A stretch of 64,000 nt of DNA from an uncultured Clostridia bacterium (GTDB taxonomy: Bacteria > Bacillota > Clostridia > Christensenellales > DTU072). Shown here piece by piece: positions 18,701 to 26,740 of the stretch; position 1 is the first letter of the stretch, and each line of letters opens with the position of its first letter. The position numbers and the translations under genes are program-made. The notes below the pieces were generated by a model. The model searched no databases. It was not told the origin of the DNA and saw only the letters and a program-made list of their open reading frames with translations. The DNA lies in assembly GCA_934274515.1 (NCBI GenBank), contig CAKQTC010000012.1, positions 3,723 to 67,722 on the forward strand, in the 5' to 3' direction.

Positions 18701-21262
18701 ATTCCGACAAGAGACGGTTATGTATTTAAAGGTTGGTACACCGATTCCGCTTGCAGTACGTTGTTTGACTTTAGCAAAAACGTAGAAGAAGATATGACGG
18801 TATATGCAGGTTGGGTATCTTACAACGGCGCCGGGTATATTGTTTACAACGGCAGTAAGTCGGTAAGCGTTATTTCCAAATCTTCGGCAGGTTCGAATTA
18901 TGACTACGCATTCGTACCTCTCGTCAGCGGAACGGTGACGATTTACAGTACGGGCAGTCTCGATACTTACGGTTACCTGTACAGTAGTACAAAATCGCAA
19001 CTCGCAACCGATGATGATGGCGGAGACGGAAGTAATTTCCAAATTACTTATTCAGTGACGGCAGGAACTCTCTATTATATCCGTCCTTGCGGATATGACG
19101 GTAGCGGCAGCACTACCGTTTATGTCAAAGGCAATATGCCCACGGCAGGCGGAAAAGGATCTAAAATTATTTCCGGTGCAAAAGATTATCTCAACGCTAT
19201 GGCTACCGATAGTTTCGGCAATCCGCTTATGGTGACAGCTGTCTTGAAGAGCGGCGAATCTGTAGGCGGAAAGTACGCGACGTATACTCTGACCGCGACG
19301 GACAAACTCGGCAACGTCGCTACCATAAATACGGCGGCTATCCCCGTCTATGACAGAGCGGAGATAGAAATGACTTACGATCCGTTCGGAACGAATAGCA
19401 TAAAATACAATTCCGCAGGAGAAGAGTTTAACGCAGTCGCCACCGACAGCTTCGGAAACGCTTGCGTAATAACGATAGAAAAAGCTGACGGCGGCGCGAT
19501 TGTCGCAGGACAAACTCAAAATATCGTCATCGTCGCTACCGACCTTGCCGGGAATAGATATTTAAGCGATTCGATAGCCGATATCAAGGTCTACGACATG
19601 CCGACGATTGCTTACGCGCACGATTACCTCTACGTTACGGCTGGCGACAATATCGACTTTATGTTTACGGCAAAAGATAGCTTCGGCGAGGAGATATCTG
19701 CCGAAGCGACTAAGGTTAGCGAAACGGCAGATATCTTGACGGTAAAGGTGACGGCTACCGACGACGCGGCTAATAAAGCGGAAAGAGAATACGAATTGAT
19801 AAAAATAGCTTCGGGCGAATCATATCTTGCGCTTATGTTCAACGGCGAACAAATCGGCTATGCAAAGGTAACGAACGGAGCAAATTATGAATTACCGCAC
19901 GAGTTTACCGGCTATACCTTTATCGGTTGGTATTTAGATAGCGCCAAGCTTACGGGTAGCGACGGCGAAAGCCTGTCGACCTGGGATAAGCCCGATGGCT
20001 ATTACGTCCTTACCGCTTCGGCTACCATAATCAACTATAATATAACCTACGTCCTTAACGGTGGAGAAAACTCAAGCAACAATCCCGCGACGTTTACCGT
20101 CAACAATCTTGGTTTTGCGCTGGAAAATCCGTCTAAAGTAACCGAAAAAACCGTTCTTCCATTGGAATATATTGTCGACGGTACGTTCCGTCAAACGGTA
20201 AGACAGATCGCGTATACCTTCCTCGGTTGGTACACCGACAGCGATTGGACAAATACGATATCAACCGTCTCTTCCGTCGGCAATATTACGGTCTACGCCA
20301 AATGGAGCGAAACTACCTCTGCTACTATTACTACTACGATATCTGCCTATATGCGCGAAGGAAGCTATATCTATTTCGGCTCCTATCCGCAGACGCTCGT
20401 AAGGGACAGCGCGCTCTCTTCTGCTTTGGGTTCATACAGTTCTAACACGTGGACAAGTTACGGTTATTATAAAAACGGAAGCATAAGCAATTATATGTAC
20501 TACACCGACAAGGAATATAACGGTGAAAAGTACAGAGGAGTTTACTTTACCGAAAAGAGACCGTATTATACAACAGGTTCGAATATAGGTAGTACGCCTA
20601 ACAATTGGGCATACGATATAGTAAGCAGTAGTAACTATAAAACATACAATACGTCCACCGTATATTGGTTCAAATACGAACCTATTAAATGGAAGATAGT
20701 AAAAGAGCAAAGCGGATATGCGACGTTGGTAGCCGATCTCATTCTCGACAGTCAGAATTATTATATAAGCGATACGACAAGTCAAACGACGAGAACCGAC
20801 TATCAAGGCAACAGTGCAAGCGCATACAGTAACAACTATCAATACAGCACGATAAGAACGTGGCTAAACGTTACTTTCTACGAGACGGCGTTTACCGATT
20901 TGCAGAAAGCGTTAATTCAAACCACAACTGTAGATAACAGCGTATCGAGTACAGGATATAGTAGTAACAACTATGCCTGCGGCAACACTAACGACAAGAT
21001 ATTCTTACTGTCCTATCAAGAAGCAAATACATATTTCGGAAGTAATAGCGCAAGGCAAAAGAAGAGTACCGACTACGCAAAGAGTCAAGGACTGTGGACA
21101 AATACCGATAGTTACTTAGGCAACGGTTATTGGTGGCTTCGTTCGCCTAACTACTTTTATAGCTACCCCTCGCGCCGCGTCGACCGCGACGGGTCGTTCG
21201 ACTCCATTGGCGTCAATTACACTATGGTCGGGGTTGTGCCCGCTTTGGTGATAAGGCTGTAA
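12791..21262 (+). CDS. giant surface lipoprotein (2,823 aa) and DGR target protein: about twenty Listeria-Bacteroides-type repeats, Ig-like repeats, two PPC-like domains and a C-terminal C-type-lectin-fold variable domain
   Basis: Lipobox signal MVVIGLLSMVIVAMVAC; reiterated GY.F.GW....(F/W).....TLYAKW units; repeated ATDSFG...TATD...VKVYG.PTI units; C-terminus GYWWLRSP...GVVPALVIRL overlaps the VR. Confidence 0.85.
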   Translation: MKKFGKIMVVIGLLSMVIVAMVACNGFKVGIRFMVDDEVYREFKTTGSEVIEMPESPTKEGYVFRGWFFDPGIWQQPFTVNSFLDQPISDIIYIHAYFITQEEADSIKTVTYNAMDGSAVDSVEVKIGNRLSEPTTPTKDGYIFIGWFTTADFAEKWNFTSGIVNSDITLYAKWVEDIPENRTYTVAFNANGGSSVDNYTEIAYNALIAKPLNPEKDGYALAGWYTDNTFAKEWNFELDKVTDNITLYARWEQADVTACSIIKSEGFNKIENDGEIELYIKVPNAQEKFSFLNKIEVSPFASWKVVNDLQGKDEVPSGTVEISVGDNVKYILVTSYDGTHKKFYKATVRRRPMYQVSVNPNNGEDIDVMTLEEDSLIDGDYLRKGYIIDKFIYIENEEEKEWNIAEDVVTKNISIDVVWRAANYSVTFDSDGGSKVENAEIDYDGEFSFGVPEKLGYDFVGWAYNDILITDGQGKGLAVWNIDKEKIELKAVWQATVYSVSYGNLKGATNTNAASYTIETSVTFADIAQEGYTFIEWQDEKGEKITEISEGNTGNRTITAVWNLIGYKATFKADGAVLSVVDFNVETEQVTEPTIPEKTGYTHAYEEYSFVARDITVNAVYTPIVYTITYANVSGNYDIDAPVNGNPTTYTIETPTITLQNASKSGYTFANWTVGNDAITQIPLGSYGNKTIKANWNAIEYKVAFVMENADGEYEGHYESEENPTTYTIEDAFTFIEPVCDILGYDFKGWYTTKNEEGVKVEKIGAKTTGNKTFYAQWHRIDYTINYVGVDGGYNDNPDTYNVESDTITLDNPTKNGYTFVGWFTDESKTVAATPIATGSVGNLTFFAKWDIITYTVTYILYDGTNDASNPSNYNIESNLALKNPTKEGYSFGGWFTNADFNEEIKSIAPGMSGSLTLYAKWYYVGTITFVTNGGSAIAPVTQEYGTAIKKPADPTRNYYTFDGWYEDSDFGKVYTFGAMPDKDFNVYAKWTPVEYTIRYVLGEGAQNSKNNVAKYNVETVFTFEAAEKEGYSFNGWFTDDKFTTAVVSEIVAGTHGDMTLYANFIINKYTITFNTDGGSAVTEITQDFHTVVDKPADPFKTGYDFVGWYSDVNLTKAYTFDRMPAKDFTLYAKWNLVNYKIEYNLSGGTNNSSNPSSYTVLSNTVTLGAPTKKGYTFAGWYKDGGYTESFVSIPSGSYGTVAVHAKWEIITYTVTYVGIDGLDNENPTTYTVEDAVTFVEIAKIGYTFDGLFKESAFINTVSGIPQGSVGNVTVYAKYTVNTYTVWIDGKEEMIYTVSFNLNGAGGDIASQVIEEGVSLTYPMVPTRSGYIFGGWYEKEDCSGMAYDFTQFVLKNTVLYAKWIATSNSTVNIGDTREVNIDGTKYFTYDFVPLVSGNVTLATTGSVDTFGYLYEEDVLVKTNDDGATDSNFVIVYNVTAGKKYTVKFRGYGKGNTGSATFHISGYNTVSEGGTAIYGGSTAELTFDAPFTLTVPAERDGYVFRGFVDENGTFYTDDKGKSIKNWDKGEDSAMFSYWEVDGFKINFVTNGGTAVETVTLPKGARVNINNYVTTRSNYSFLGWFLSASDSDSYNASVMPDRDITLYAKWTAYALNAIKYDETLKAIPAEGDLTADYFGATCFDNGGNQVEVTASASTRTVGATATVRLTATNEGKTKTATVSGVKVYGEPTLAFDNTVNYVNLKDGFQASWFTASGTDTFDAATEIRVRVDGEYKAGDIVTVIIESVDIAGNIKSGTVENVKLYGLPVITHNEEKNEISVNDTIDASLFNATATDSFGESLTVTVTKKSGTISAGNTITLTFTATDGKGNVMTFDKDVKVYGAPTISDAEKTEFKVEDEITVDTLGLTANDTFNGQLDITLTVKSGTQTAGVTMVFTATVTDISGNVTNKDIWVRIYGTPTITYDRNALKTTEDPTFSSKEATVSFNLNGASGTAPASQTVTDTVGLEYPAIPTRDGYVFKGWYTDSACSTLFDFSKNVEEDMTVYAGWVSYNGAGYIVYNGSKSVSVISKSSAGSNYDYAFVPLVSGTVTIYSTGSLDTYGYLYSSTKSQLATDDDGGDGSNFQITYSVTAGTLYYIRPCGYDGSGSTTVYVKGNMPTAGGKGSKIISGAKDYLNAMATDSFGNPLMVTAVLKSGESVGGKYATYTLTATDKLGNVATINTAAIPVYDRAEIEMTYDPFGTNSIKYNSAGEEFNAVATDSFGNACVITIEKADGGAIVAGQTQNIVIVATDLAGNRYLSDSIADIKVYDMPTIAYAHDYLYVTAGDNIDFMFTAKDSFGEEISAEATKVSETADILTVKVTATDDAANKAEREYELIKIASGESYLALMFNGEQIGYAKVTNGANYELPHEFTGYTFIGWYLDSAKLTGSDGESLSTWDKPDGYYVLTASATIINYNITYVLNGGENSSNNPATFTVNNLGFALENPSKVTEKTVLPLEYIVDGTFRQTVRQIAYTFLGWYTDSDWTNTISTVSSVGNITVYAKWSETTSATITTTISAYMREGSYIYFGSYPQTLVRDSALSSALGSYSSNTWTSYGYYKNGSISNYMYYTDKEYNGEKYRGVYFTEKRPYYTTGSNIGSTPNNWAYDIVSSSNYKTYNTSTVYWFKYEPIKWKIVKEQSGYATLVADLILDSQNYYISDTTSQTTRTDYQGNSASAYSNNYQYSTIRTWLNVTFYETAFTDLQKALIQTTTVDNSVSSTGYSSNNYACGNTNDKIFLLSYQEANTYFGSNSARQKKSTDYAKSQGLWTNTDSYLGNGYWWLRSPNYFYSYPSRRVDRDGSFDSIGVNYTMVGVVPALVIRL
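21125..21247 (+). other. DGR variable region (VR), in frame at the C-terminus of the target gene
   Basis: 123 nt homologous to the TR at 21821-21946. The flanks are identical and the internal differences fall almost only at TR adenines. Confidence 0.85.
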
Positions 21263-21271
21263 AACAGCCTT
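21253..21271 (+). other. hairpin immediately 3' of the VR (DGR cruciform-like element)
   Basis: aaggctg-taaaa-cagcctt, a 7-bp stem, starts 5 nt after the VR end and spans the stop codon. Confidence 0.5.
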
Positions 21272-21396
21272 AAATCACCGTTAATCACGGCGAAGCAAAA
21301 TCATCGGCAAGGGGAAGAAACGGCGTTTTGCGCCCTTCCCCGAAGCCGTAAAGGGCGATTGAAACCGCGTAAGCGGTCGAAAAATTTTTTGATAAA

Positions 21397-21774
21397 ATGC
21401 AAAAGAAAAACGACCTATTTGTAATAACAAAAACAAAAGATATAGCTAAGTATATAATAACGGTGACGGAAAAAAGCCCGAAAAAGTTTCGTTATACGCT
21501 AACGACGAAATTGCAGAATTTTGCATTGGACGCGCTGGAATATTTGTATTTAGCCAACACCGAGAGTTTGGGGGAGAAGAGAGAGAATTTACAAAAGGAG
21601 GCGAGAACAAAATTATCTTTATTAGACTACTTTGCCGGACTTGCCGCCGAACAGGAATGTATACTTTTTAAGCAATATGAGTTTATTTCGAAAGAAGTCG
21701 CTTCGGCAATAATGTATCTCGACAAGTGGAGAGCAAGCGACAAAAAAAGGGTATCTACGACGGTATCGTCGTAA
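21397..21774 (+). CDS. avd: DGR accessory variability determinant (Avd-like four-helix-bundle protein)
   Basis: 125 aa, helical, basic; lies between target and TR as in canonical DGRs; sequence pattern ...KYIITVTEKSPKKFRYTLTTKLQNFALDALEYLYLAN... is typical of four-helix-bundle Avd proteins. Confidence 0.7.
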   Translation: MQKKNDLFVITKTKDIAKYIITVTEKSPKKFRYTLTTKLQNFALDALEYLYLANTESLGEKRENLQKEARTKLSLLDYFAGLAAEQECILFKQYEFISKEVASAIMYLDKWRASDKKRVSTTVSS

Positions 21775-21820
21775 TGATATAAGTGAAGCGTTATTAACAA
21801 AATGCGTTTTCGCTATTTGC

Positions 21821-21946
21821 GGTTATTGGTGGCTTCGTTCGCCTAACAACAATAATAGCAACAACGCGCGCAACGTCAACAACGACGGGTCGTTAGACAA
21901 CAACAATAACGTCAATAACACTAATAACGGGGTTGTGCCCGATTTG
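21821..21946 (+). other. DGR template repeat (TR)
   Basis: 126 nt built from runs of AAC/AAT codons (conceptual translation GYWWLRSPNNNNSNNARNVNNDGSLDNNNNVNNTNNGVVPDL); matches the VR ends exactly. Confidence 0.85.
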
Positions 21947-22151
21947 TTTCTCACTCGTATTGCTATGGCAAGCGAGGAAGAACGGTAAAGAGGCTGAGGT
22001 AAGTACCTCATGCACAGTACTCGAAACAAAGGAACGCTTCACTTTCCCGTAGTGCAATCTGCGGGAAAATCAACCGGCGGACGGCGCGACTTAGGAAATA
22101 ATTTGCGCCCGTGAGTAAAATCCCGTCGGTTTTTTTAATGGAAAATGTAGA

Positions 22152-23243
22152 ATGATTAAAATGCAAGAAAGTACTTTTGACGAAATAATATCCTTTGAGA
22201 ATTTATATAAAGCGCACCGCAGGGCGAGATTAGGCAAGCGGCATAAAAAAGAGGTTATTGAATTTGAGATGAATCTTTCGGAAAATTTATGGCAGCTTCA
22301 TTATGACCTCAAATACGGAAGATATCAAATAGGCGGCTATCACAAATTTATGATATACGACCCGAAAGAAAGGGAAATACAAGCGATATCGTACCGTGAC
22401 CGAGTAGTCCAGCATACGCTTTGCGACAATTTTCTTATACCTCTTATGGAAAGGAAGCTGATTTACGACAACGGAGCGTGCCGCAAAGAAAAGGGCACGC
22501 ATTTTGTTATCGGAAGATTGAGAAAATTTATGACCGAACATTATAAAAAATACGTTACGTCGGGATATTTTGTCAAAATGGACGTTAAAAAATATTTTGA
22601 CAGCATAGATCACAATAAACTTAAAAACTTACTAAATAAAGAAATAGCCGAAGAAAAAATCAAGAAACTCGTATTTTCCGTAATAGACAGTTATTGTTTT
22701 ATCGAAAATAAGGGACTGCCAATGGGCAATCAGTCTAGTCAATGTTTTGCGCTTTATTATTTGGATGAGGTTGATAGATTTATTAAAGAAAAGCTAAAAA
22801 TCAAATATTATATTCGTTATATGGATGATATGATTGCGATAACTCCCGACAAAACAAGCGCAAACTTATGCTTGGAAGCGGTTTCCGAAAAGTTAATAGA
22901 AAAGAATTTGCAAATGAATGTGAAATCGCAAGTGGTTGCTATAAAAAACGGCATTAATTTTTTAGGATGGCATTTTCGATTCGGAGAAAACGGAAAAATA
23001 TTGCAAACCATACGGAAGCAATCTTTATTAAGAATGAAAACAAAACTAAAAGAAACGATTTTGCTTTTAAAAAAACATAAAATTTCGAAGAAGAGATTAA
23101 TACAATCGCAAAACAGTCTTAAAGGACATCTCGAAAAAGGCAACGCTTACAAAATCTTAAACAATTTGATTAAGGATTTTATAATTAATAAAAGTGTCCA
23201 TAAAAATTATATCAGTCTCTATAAAAAAGCCCAGACTCCGTAA
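22152..23243 (+). CDS. DGR reverse transcriptase
   Basis: RT motifs: PKEREIQAISYRDRVVQH, FVKMDVKKYFDSIDH, GLPMGNQSSQCFALYYL (DGR-type SQ motif), YIRYMDDMIAI (YMDD). Confidence 0.85.
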   Translation: MIKMQESTFDEIISFENLYKAHRRARLGKRHKKEVIEFEMNLSENLWQLHYDLKYGRYQIGGYHKFMIYDPKEREIQAISYRDRVVQHTLCDNFLIPLMERKLIYDNGACRKEKGTHFVIGRLRKFMTEHYKKYVTSGYFVKMDVKKYFDSIDHNKLKNLLNKEIAEEKIKKLVFSVIDSYCFIENKGLPMGNQSSQCFALYYLDEVDRFIKEKLKIKYYIRYMDDMIAITPDKTSANLCLEAVSEKLIEKNLQMNVKSQVVAIKNGINFLGWHFRFGENGKILQTIRKQSLLRMKTKLKETILLLKKHKISKKRLIQSQNSLKGHLEKGNAYKILNNLIKDFIINKSVHKNYISLYKKAQTP

Positions 23244-23263
23244 GGAATCCGGGCTTTATCTTA

Positions 23264-23587
23264 TTAAGCTAAAACATTTCTATCGGGTATGTAAATATGA
23301 TCGCCAATAGATATTGCTTTATACTTAATGCCGTCTTGTTCATAGGTTGTATAAGTAGGCTTGCCTTTTATCTCGTTCCGAAGGAAAAAGACGTTTGCGT
23401 CATATTCGACTTTACCGACATTTCCTTCAAGGAATTTTTCGTCGTTTCCTACCTCGATAATTTTGAAGCCTTTCTCTATTAGCGCTGCCGAAAATTGCCA
23501 TAGCTTTTGAAATTTACCGTTTGAGTCGGCAAGCATCGTAGCGTCGAGTTCGGGGTGATAAGCTGTAATTCTAAAATAGTTTGACAT
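23264..23587 (-). CDS. hypothetical protein (107 aa)
   Basis: ORF with RBS (caaaggagaaattattATG on the minus strand); last gene of the minus-strand array; convergent with the RT gene. Confidence 0.45.
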   Translation of the reverse strand: MSNYFRITAYHPELDATMLADSNGKFQKLWQFSAALIEKGFKIIEVGNDEKFLEGNVGKVEYDANVFFLRNEIKGKPTYTTYEQDGIKYKAISIGDHIYIPDRNVLA

Positions 23588-23605
23588 AATAATTTCTCCT
23601 TTGCG

Positions 23606-24922
23606 TTAAGCCGCTATTTTTTTAATTGTTTTGTTTGCGTAAGGTAGCCATACTTTGTTTATAAAATTGGCTGTTTGCTCGTCCGGCATACAGTTATATA
23701 AGCCATGTGTTTGCAGTATTTTATGTTCTGCCGGTGAATATTCAACGGTTATATACGGCTTTTCTATTTGGTCTTTGATACGAATAAAGAATATTAAACT
23801 ATCTTCCCTAATAAATTTTTGGTCGTAACCCATTTTCCCGACGCAATGATGCAATTCTTCGCCTTCCCGGAAAAGCTCTTGCGGAGATTTTGCTATGATA
23901 CATACAAAGTTGTAATTGCCGTCATATTGCAAGGCTTTATATTTATCGGCGACCTCTGCGAACATTGAATATAATTCCTTTTGTTTTAATACATCTAACT
24001 TAGCCTTAGCTGTTTTTTGTTCGTCAATGCGAATATCGTGCCACCTCTTAAAATCGTGAGGGAAGAGATTTTTATTCTCATTCATATTTAATTTTAGATA
24101 GTTGCAAGCGACAACATAATCGTGATAAGAGGACAAAGATATATGGTTTGCTTTAAGAAATTTTACAAGTTTATACCTATCTATCTTAGGAACTTCTCGC
24201 AGAACTAATTTATATGTAAAATCGTGTGCATATTCGAGCAATAGTTCTTTATTCGCTTGAAGGGTTTTCAACGGTTTACCCGTCTTGTACGATTTTATGA
24301 TTATATCAACGTAGTAATAATTCTTCATTAGTTCCTGTTTATGTTGCAATAACCATTTAGGAAAATTCTTGTCTTTTTGAATTTGTTTCAGTATTGTTTT
24401 GCTCATTGCAATTTGATTTAGACCTGCTTTGACAAGATATTCGATAAAAGGATATTGTTCGTACAGGCGAAGATATTGAATAACGTCTGTCTTTGTTTGT
24501 AGTTCAACGGCGCTGTAACGATATGCAGGCAGTTTTTGAAGATAGTCGAAATTTACGACTGGAGCGTACATATCGAACATTCTGTCATATTGCCAGCCCC
24601 ATTCTTTGTCCTCGTACCATTTAGGGTATTTTGATAATCCTTCCTCATACCATCCGACACGATAACCGGCGAGTCTGGTATATAGCATATCTTTAATAAA
24701 GCATCTATCGCTATGTATCCCATGTATTGCACACTGTTTGTAATACCACTTTTTGCTTCGATTTCTTACGGCAACCGTAACCTTAACAAGCTCGCCGTTG
24801 TTTTTGGTTAGGTAAGAGTAGTATCTTGTTGATTTATCTTGGTCGGGATTATCTTTTAAGTTTGTCTCTTTTATTCTTTTTATTATGTACTTAGGTACAG
24901 GTTTTATTTTTGATATTTGCAT
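23606..24922 (-). CDS. PcfJ-like protein
   Basis: C-terminal [16 protein letters not shown]... region resembles the PcfJ domain. Start moved to the ATG at 24922 (gaggtgaaacaATG), not the track start at 24988. Confidence 0.6.
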   Translation of the reverse strand: MQISKIKPVPKYIIKRIKETNLKDNPDQDKSTRYYSYLTKNNGELVKVTVAVRNRSKKWYYKQCAIHGIHSDRCFIKDMLYTRLAGYRVGWYEEGLSKYPKWYEDKEWGWQYDRMFDMYAPVVNFDYLQKLPAYRYSAVELQTKTDVIQYLRLYEQYPFIEYLVKAGLNQIAMSKTILKQIQKDKNFPKWLLQHKQELMKNYYYVDIIIKSYKTGKPLKTLQANKELLLEYAHDFTYKLVLREVPKIDRYKLVKFLKANHISLSSYHDYVVACNYLKLNMNENKNLFPHDFKRWHDIRIDEQKTAKAKLDVLKQKELYSMFAEVADKYKALQYDGNYNFVCIIAKSPQELFREGEELHHCVGKMGYDQKFIREDSLIFFIRIKDQIEKPYITVEYSPAEHKILQTHGLYNCMPDEQTANFINKVWLPYANKTIKKIAA

Positions 24923-25857
24923 TGTTTCACCTCGATGTCCTTGCCAAAAAGGGCAAGTAATTTGTTTAGAATGATTAGATCGGGACAATTATTTATTTCT
25001 CCCTCGTCGTCCATAATCGGCTCGTTTATATCGCCGTAGAACTGCTGCATTTCTTCTTCGGTCAATTCTTCGATTTCTTCTTCGGACGGAAGGATTTCTA
25101 CTTCTTCGGAATTTTCGGCAACTGCGATTTTGAAGCCTTTATCTAATAGCTTCTTGAAGTAATTGTCGGTAGCGTGATAGGGAATACCGCACATAGGAAC
25201 ACGTTTTTCCAAGCCGCAATCTCTACTTGTAAGAGTCAATTCAAGTTCTCGTGAAGCAGTTACCGCCGAGTCGGCAAAAACCTCATAAAAATCGCCGATA
25301 CGCAGGAATAAAATGCAGTCGGGATATTTGCGTTGTAAATCAAGATATTGTTGATACATAGGCGACGGCTTTTTAGGCTCGGCAATAGGCGTAAATTCCG
25401 TTTTAACGGACTCAACGGGTGTAGTTACTTCTTCTTCCGTTAAGCTGTCGAAAAGGGATAATTGACCCGTATCCGATTTTTTGGGTTTAGGTGTTGTAAC
25501 AACGGGCGGAGTAGTGGAAGTAGGTATCTTCTTCGGAGCAGGCTTATATTCCGTACCGTCAAGATTAAATAATTTACCTTCGATACTATCTTCTTCAAAA
25601 TAGTGCATAGCCCATCCGAATACGACTTCATCTTCTACGCAAGCACAATTAGCGCCCTTTTCGGCTAACTTTCTTGCTTCATCGCTTGCATATTTCATAA
25701 AGCCGGAAAGTGTTTTCTTTGACAACAACTGCTTTCCGTTTTTTTCTATCTGAACGCCGTTATTTATTTTTTCGGCGAGATACTCCGTAGCGTTTTCTTC
25801 CAGATACGCTTTGAGTATTTCCTGCTCTTTTGTTTCTGTTGCTAAGTTTATTTGCAT
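24904..25857 (-). CDS. PcfK-like N-terminal domain fused to a MutS domain I (mismatch-binding) homologue
   Basis: N-terminus ...[10 protein letters not shown]...[19 protein letters not shown] is PcfK-like. C-terminus [34 protein letters not shown]...[29 protein letters not shown] matches the MutS N-terminal domain, including the GDFYE mismatch-contact motif. Confidence 0.65.
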   Translation of the reverse strand: MQINLATETKEQEILKAYLEENATEYLAEKINNGVQIEKNGKQLLSKKTLSGFMKYASDEARKLAEKGANCACVEDEVVFGWAMHYFEEDSIEGKLFNLDGTEYKPAPKKIPTSTTPPVVTTPKPKKSDTGQLSLFDSLTEEEVTTPVESVKTEFTPIAEPKKPSPMYQQYLDLQRKYPDCILFLRIGDFYEVFADSAVTASRELELTLTSRDCGLEKRVPMCGIPYHATDNYFKKLLDKGFKIAVAENSEEVEILPSEEEIEELTEEEMQQFYGDINEPIMDDEGEINNCPDLIILNKLLALFGKDIEVKQCKYQK

Positions 25858-25859
25858 TT

Positions 25860-26117
25860 TTAATTCTCCTTAATTGAAGAAAGGTCATCCGAGAACGGAC
25901 AACCTTTCCATAGTTTTGTATATTCTTTAAGCGTTCTGACTTCTTTAACTTCCCATTCCGGTTTACGGAGTTTAGACGGCGGCTCTCTTTCATACCACCG
26001 AATATGCCATATAGCGGAACCGAGTCTGTTTGTTACGAGATATACCTTAAATTTTGATTTGCCGTATTCTCGGTAACAAACTTTATACCCGTATTTATTA
26101 TTTGTTTCCATAGGCAT
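25860..26117 (-). CDS. hypothetical protein (85 aa)
   Basis: Co-oriented ORF overlapping its upstream neighbour by a few codons. Confidence 0.4.
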   Translation of the reverse strand: MPMETNNKYGYKVCYREYGKSKFKVYLVTNRLGSAIWHIRWYEREPPSKLRKPEWEVKEVRTLKEYTKLWKGCPFSDDLSSIKEN

Positions 26118-26304
26118 TTTCCTTTATTATTCCGTAAACATCATCTGCGTAAAATTCGCAGGTAAACCAGTTAAAAATGGCGGTGCATTTCACACCGCCG
26201 TATTCAACTATGTATTGATTGTCACCTTGCTTTTCCAACATGGTTATTTCATCCATTTCCCCGTGCTTGCTGTATATATGTGCCATTACCTTGTATGGTT
26301 TCAT
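26098..26304 (-). CDS. hypothetical protein (68 aa); truncated paralogue at 62949-63086
   Basis: RBS ggaggtaacctaatATG; N-terminus MKPYKVMAHIYSKHGEM matches MRPFKTMAHINSLGGKM at the second locus. Confidence 0.45.
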   Translation of the reverse strand: MKPYKVMAHIYSKHGEMDEITMLEKQGDNQYIVEYGGVKCTAIFNWFTCEFYADDVYGIIKENAYGNK

Positions 26305-26318
26305 ATTAGGTTACCTCC

Positions 26319-26720
26319 TTAAAATGTTCTGACAAGTCCGCCGAATTGCATCTTTATCCCGATGCTTCCGAATTCCGAGCAAGTATCGTCGCTTACGTTT
26401 ACTACATAAGAGCAGATATAACCGCTTTTCAGGTCATCACGGTCATATTCCCATTCTTCTCTATACTTGGACACATAGAGTAGAGAATACAATTCTCCAA
26501 ACTCGGTATAGTTGTGAATAACGTGATAGACGGCTGCGCCGTATTCGGCTTCGAAAGTTCTAACCATTTTCTGTTCCTTTTCGTCCAGCCAATAGAGTAT
26601 TCCGCCGTGTTCCGACTTGTTGATGACGTCCTCTTCTTCAAATTCCTTAATTACTTGTGGATAGAGCTTGAGGGTTTTCATTCTTTTGATAGCTTCTTGT
26701 TTTTGTGTAGTTCTTTGCAT
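26319..26720 (-). CDS. hypothetical protein (133 aa); paralogue at 63098-63505
   Basis: Collinear similarity to the second copy (KQEAI.RMK.LKLYP..IKEFE....GG.LYWL....VYHVIHN.TEFGE...EEWEYDR.DLK.GY...SDD.CSEFG...QFGGLVRT). Confidence 0.5.
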   Translation of the reverse strand: MQRTTQKQEAIKRMKTLKLYPQVIKEFEEEDVINKSEHGGILYWLDEKEQKMVRTFEAEYGAAVYHVIHNYTEFGELYSLLYVSKYREEWEYDRDDLKSGYICSYVVNVSDDTCSEFGSIGIKMQFGGLVRTF

Positions 26721-26740
26721 TGTTTTTATCTCCTTTATGA

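Noticed and set aside
12833-20842. Many minus-strand and off-frame plus-strand ORFs inside the DGR target gene (e.g. 12833-13549, 14285-15127, 15542-16060, 16685-17176)
   Set aside because: They are antisense or out of frame to an 8.5-kb uninterrupted ORF with clear repeat-domain structure, and they have no independent support.
21823-22029. 68-aa minus-strand ORF between avd and the RT gene
   Set aside because: It overlaps the template repeat. Its Leu-rich low-complexity translation is just the reverse complement of the AAC/AAT codon run, and the region is better explained as TR plus the DGR spacer RNA.
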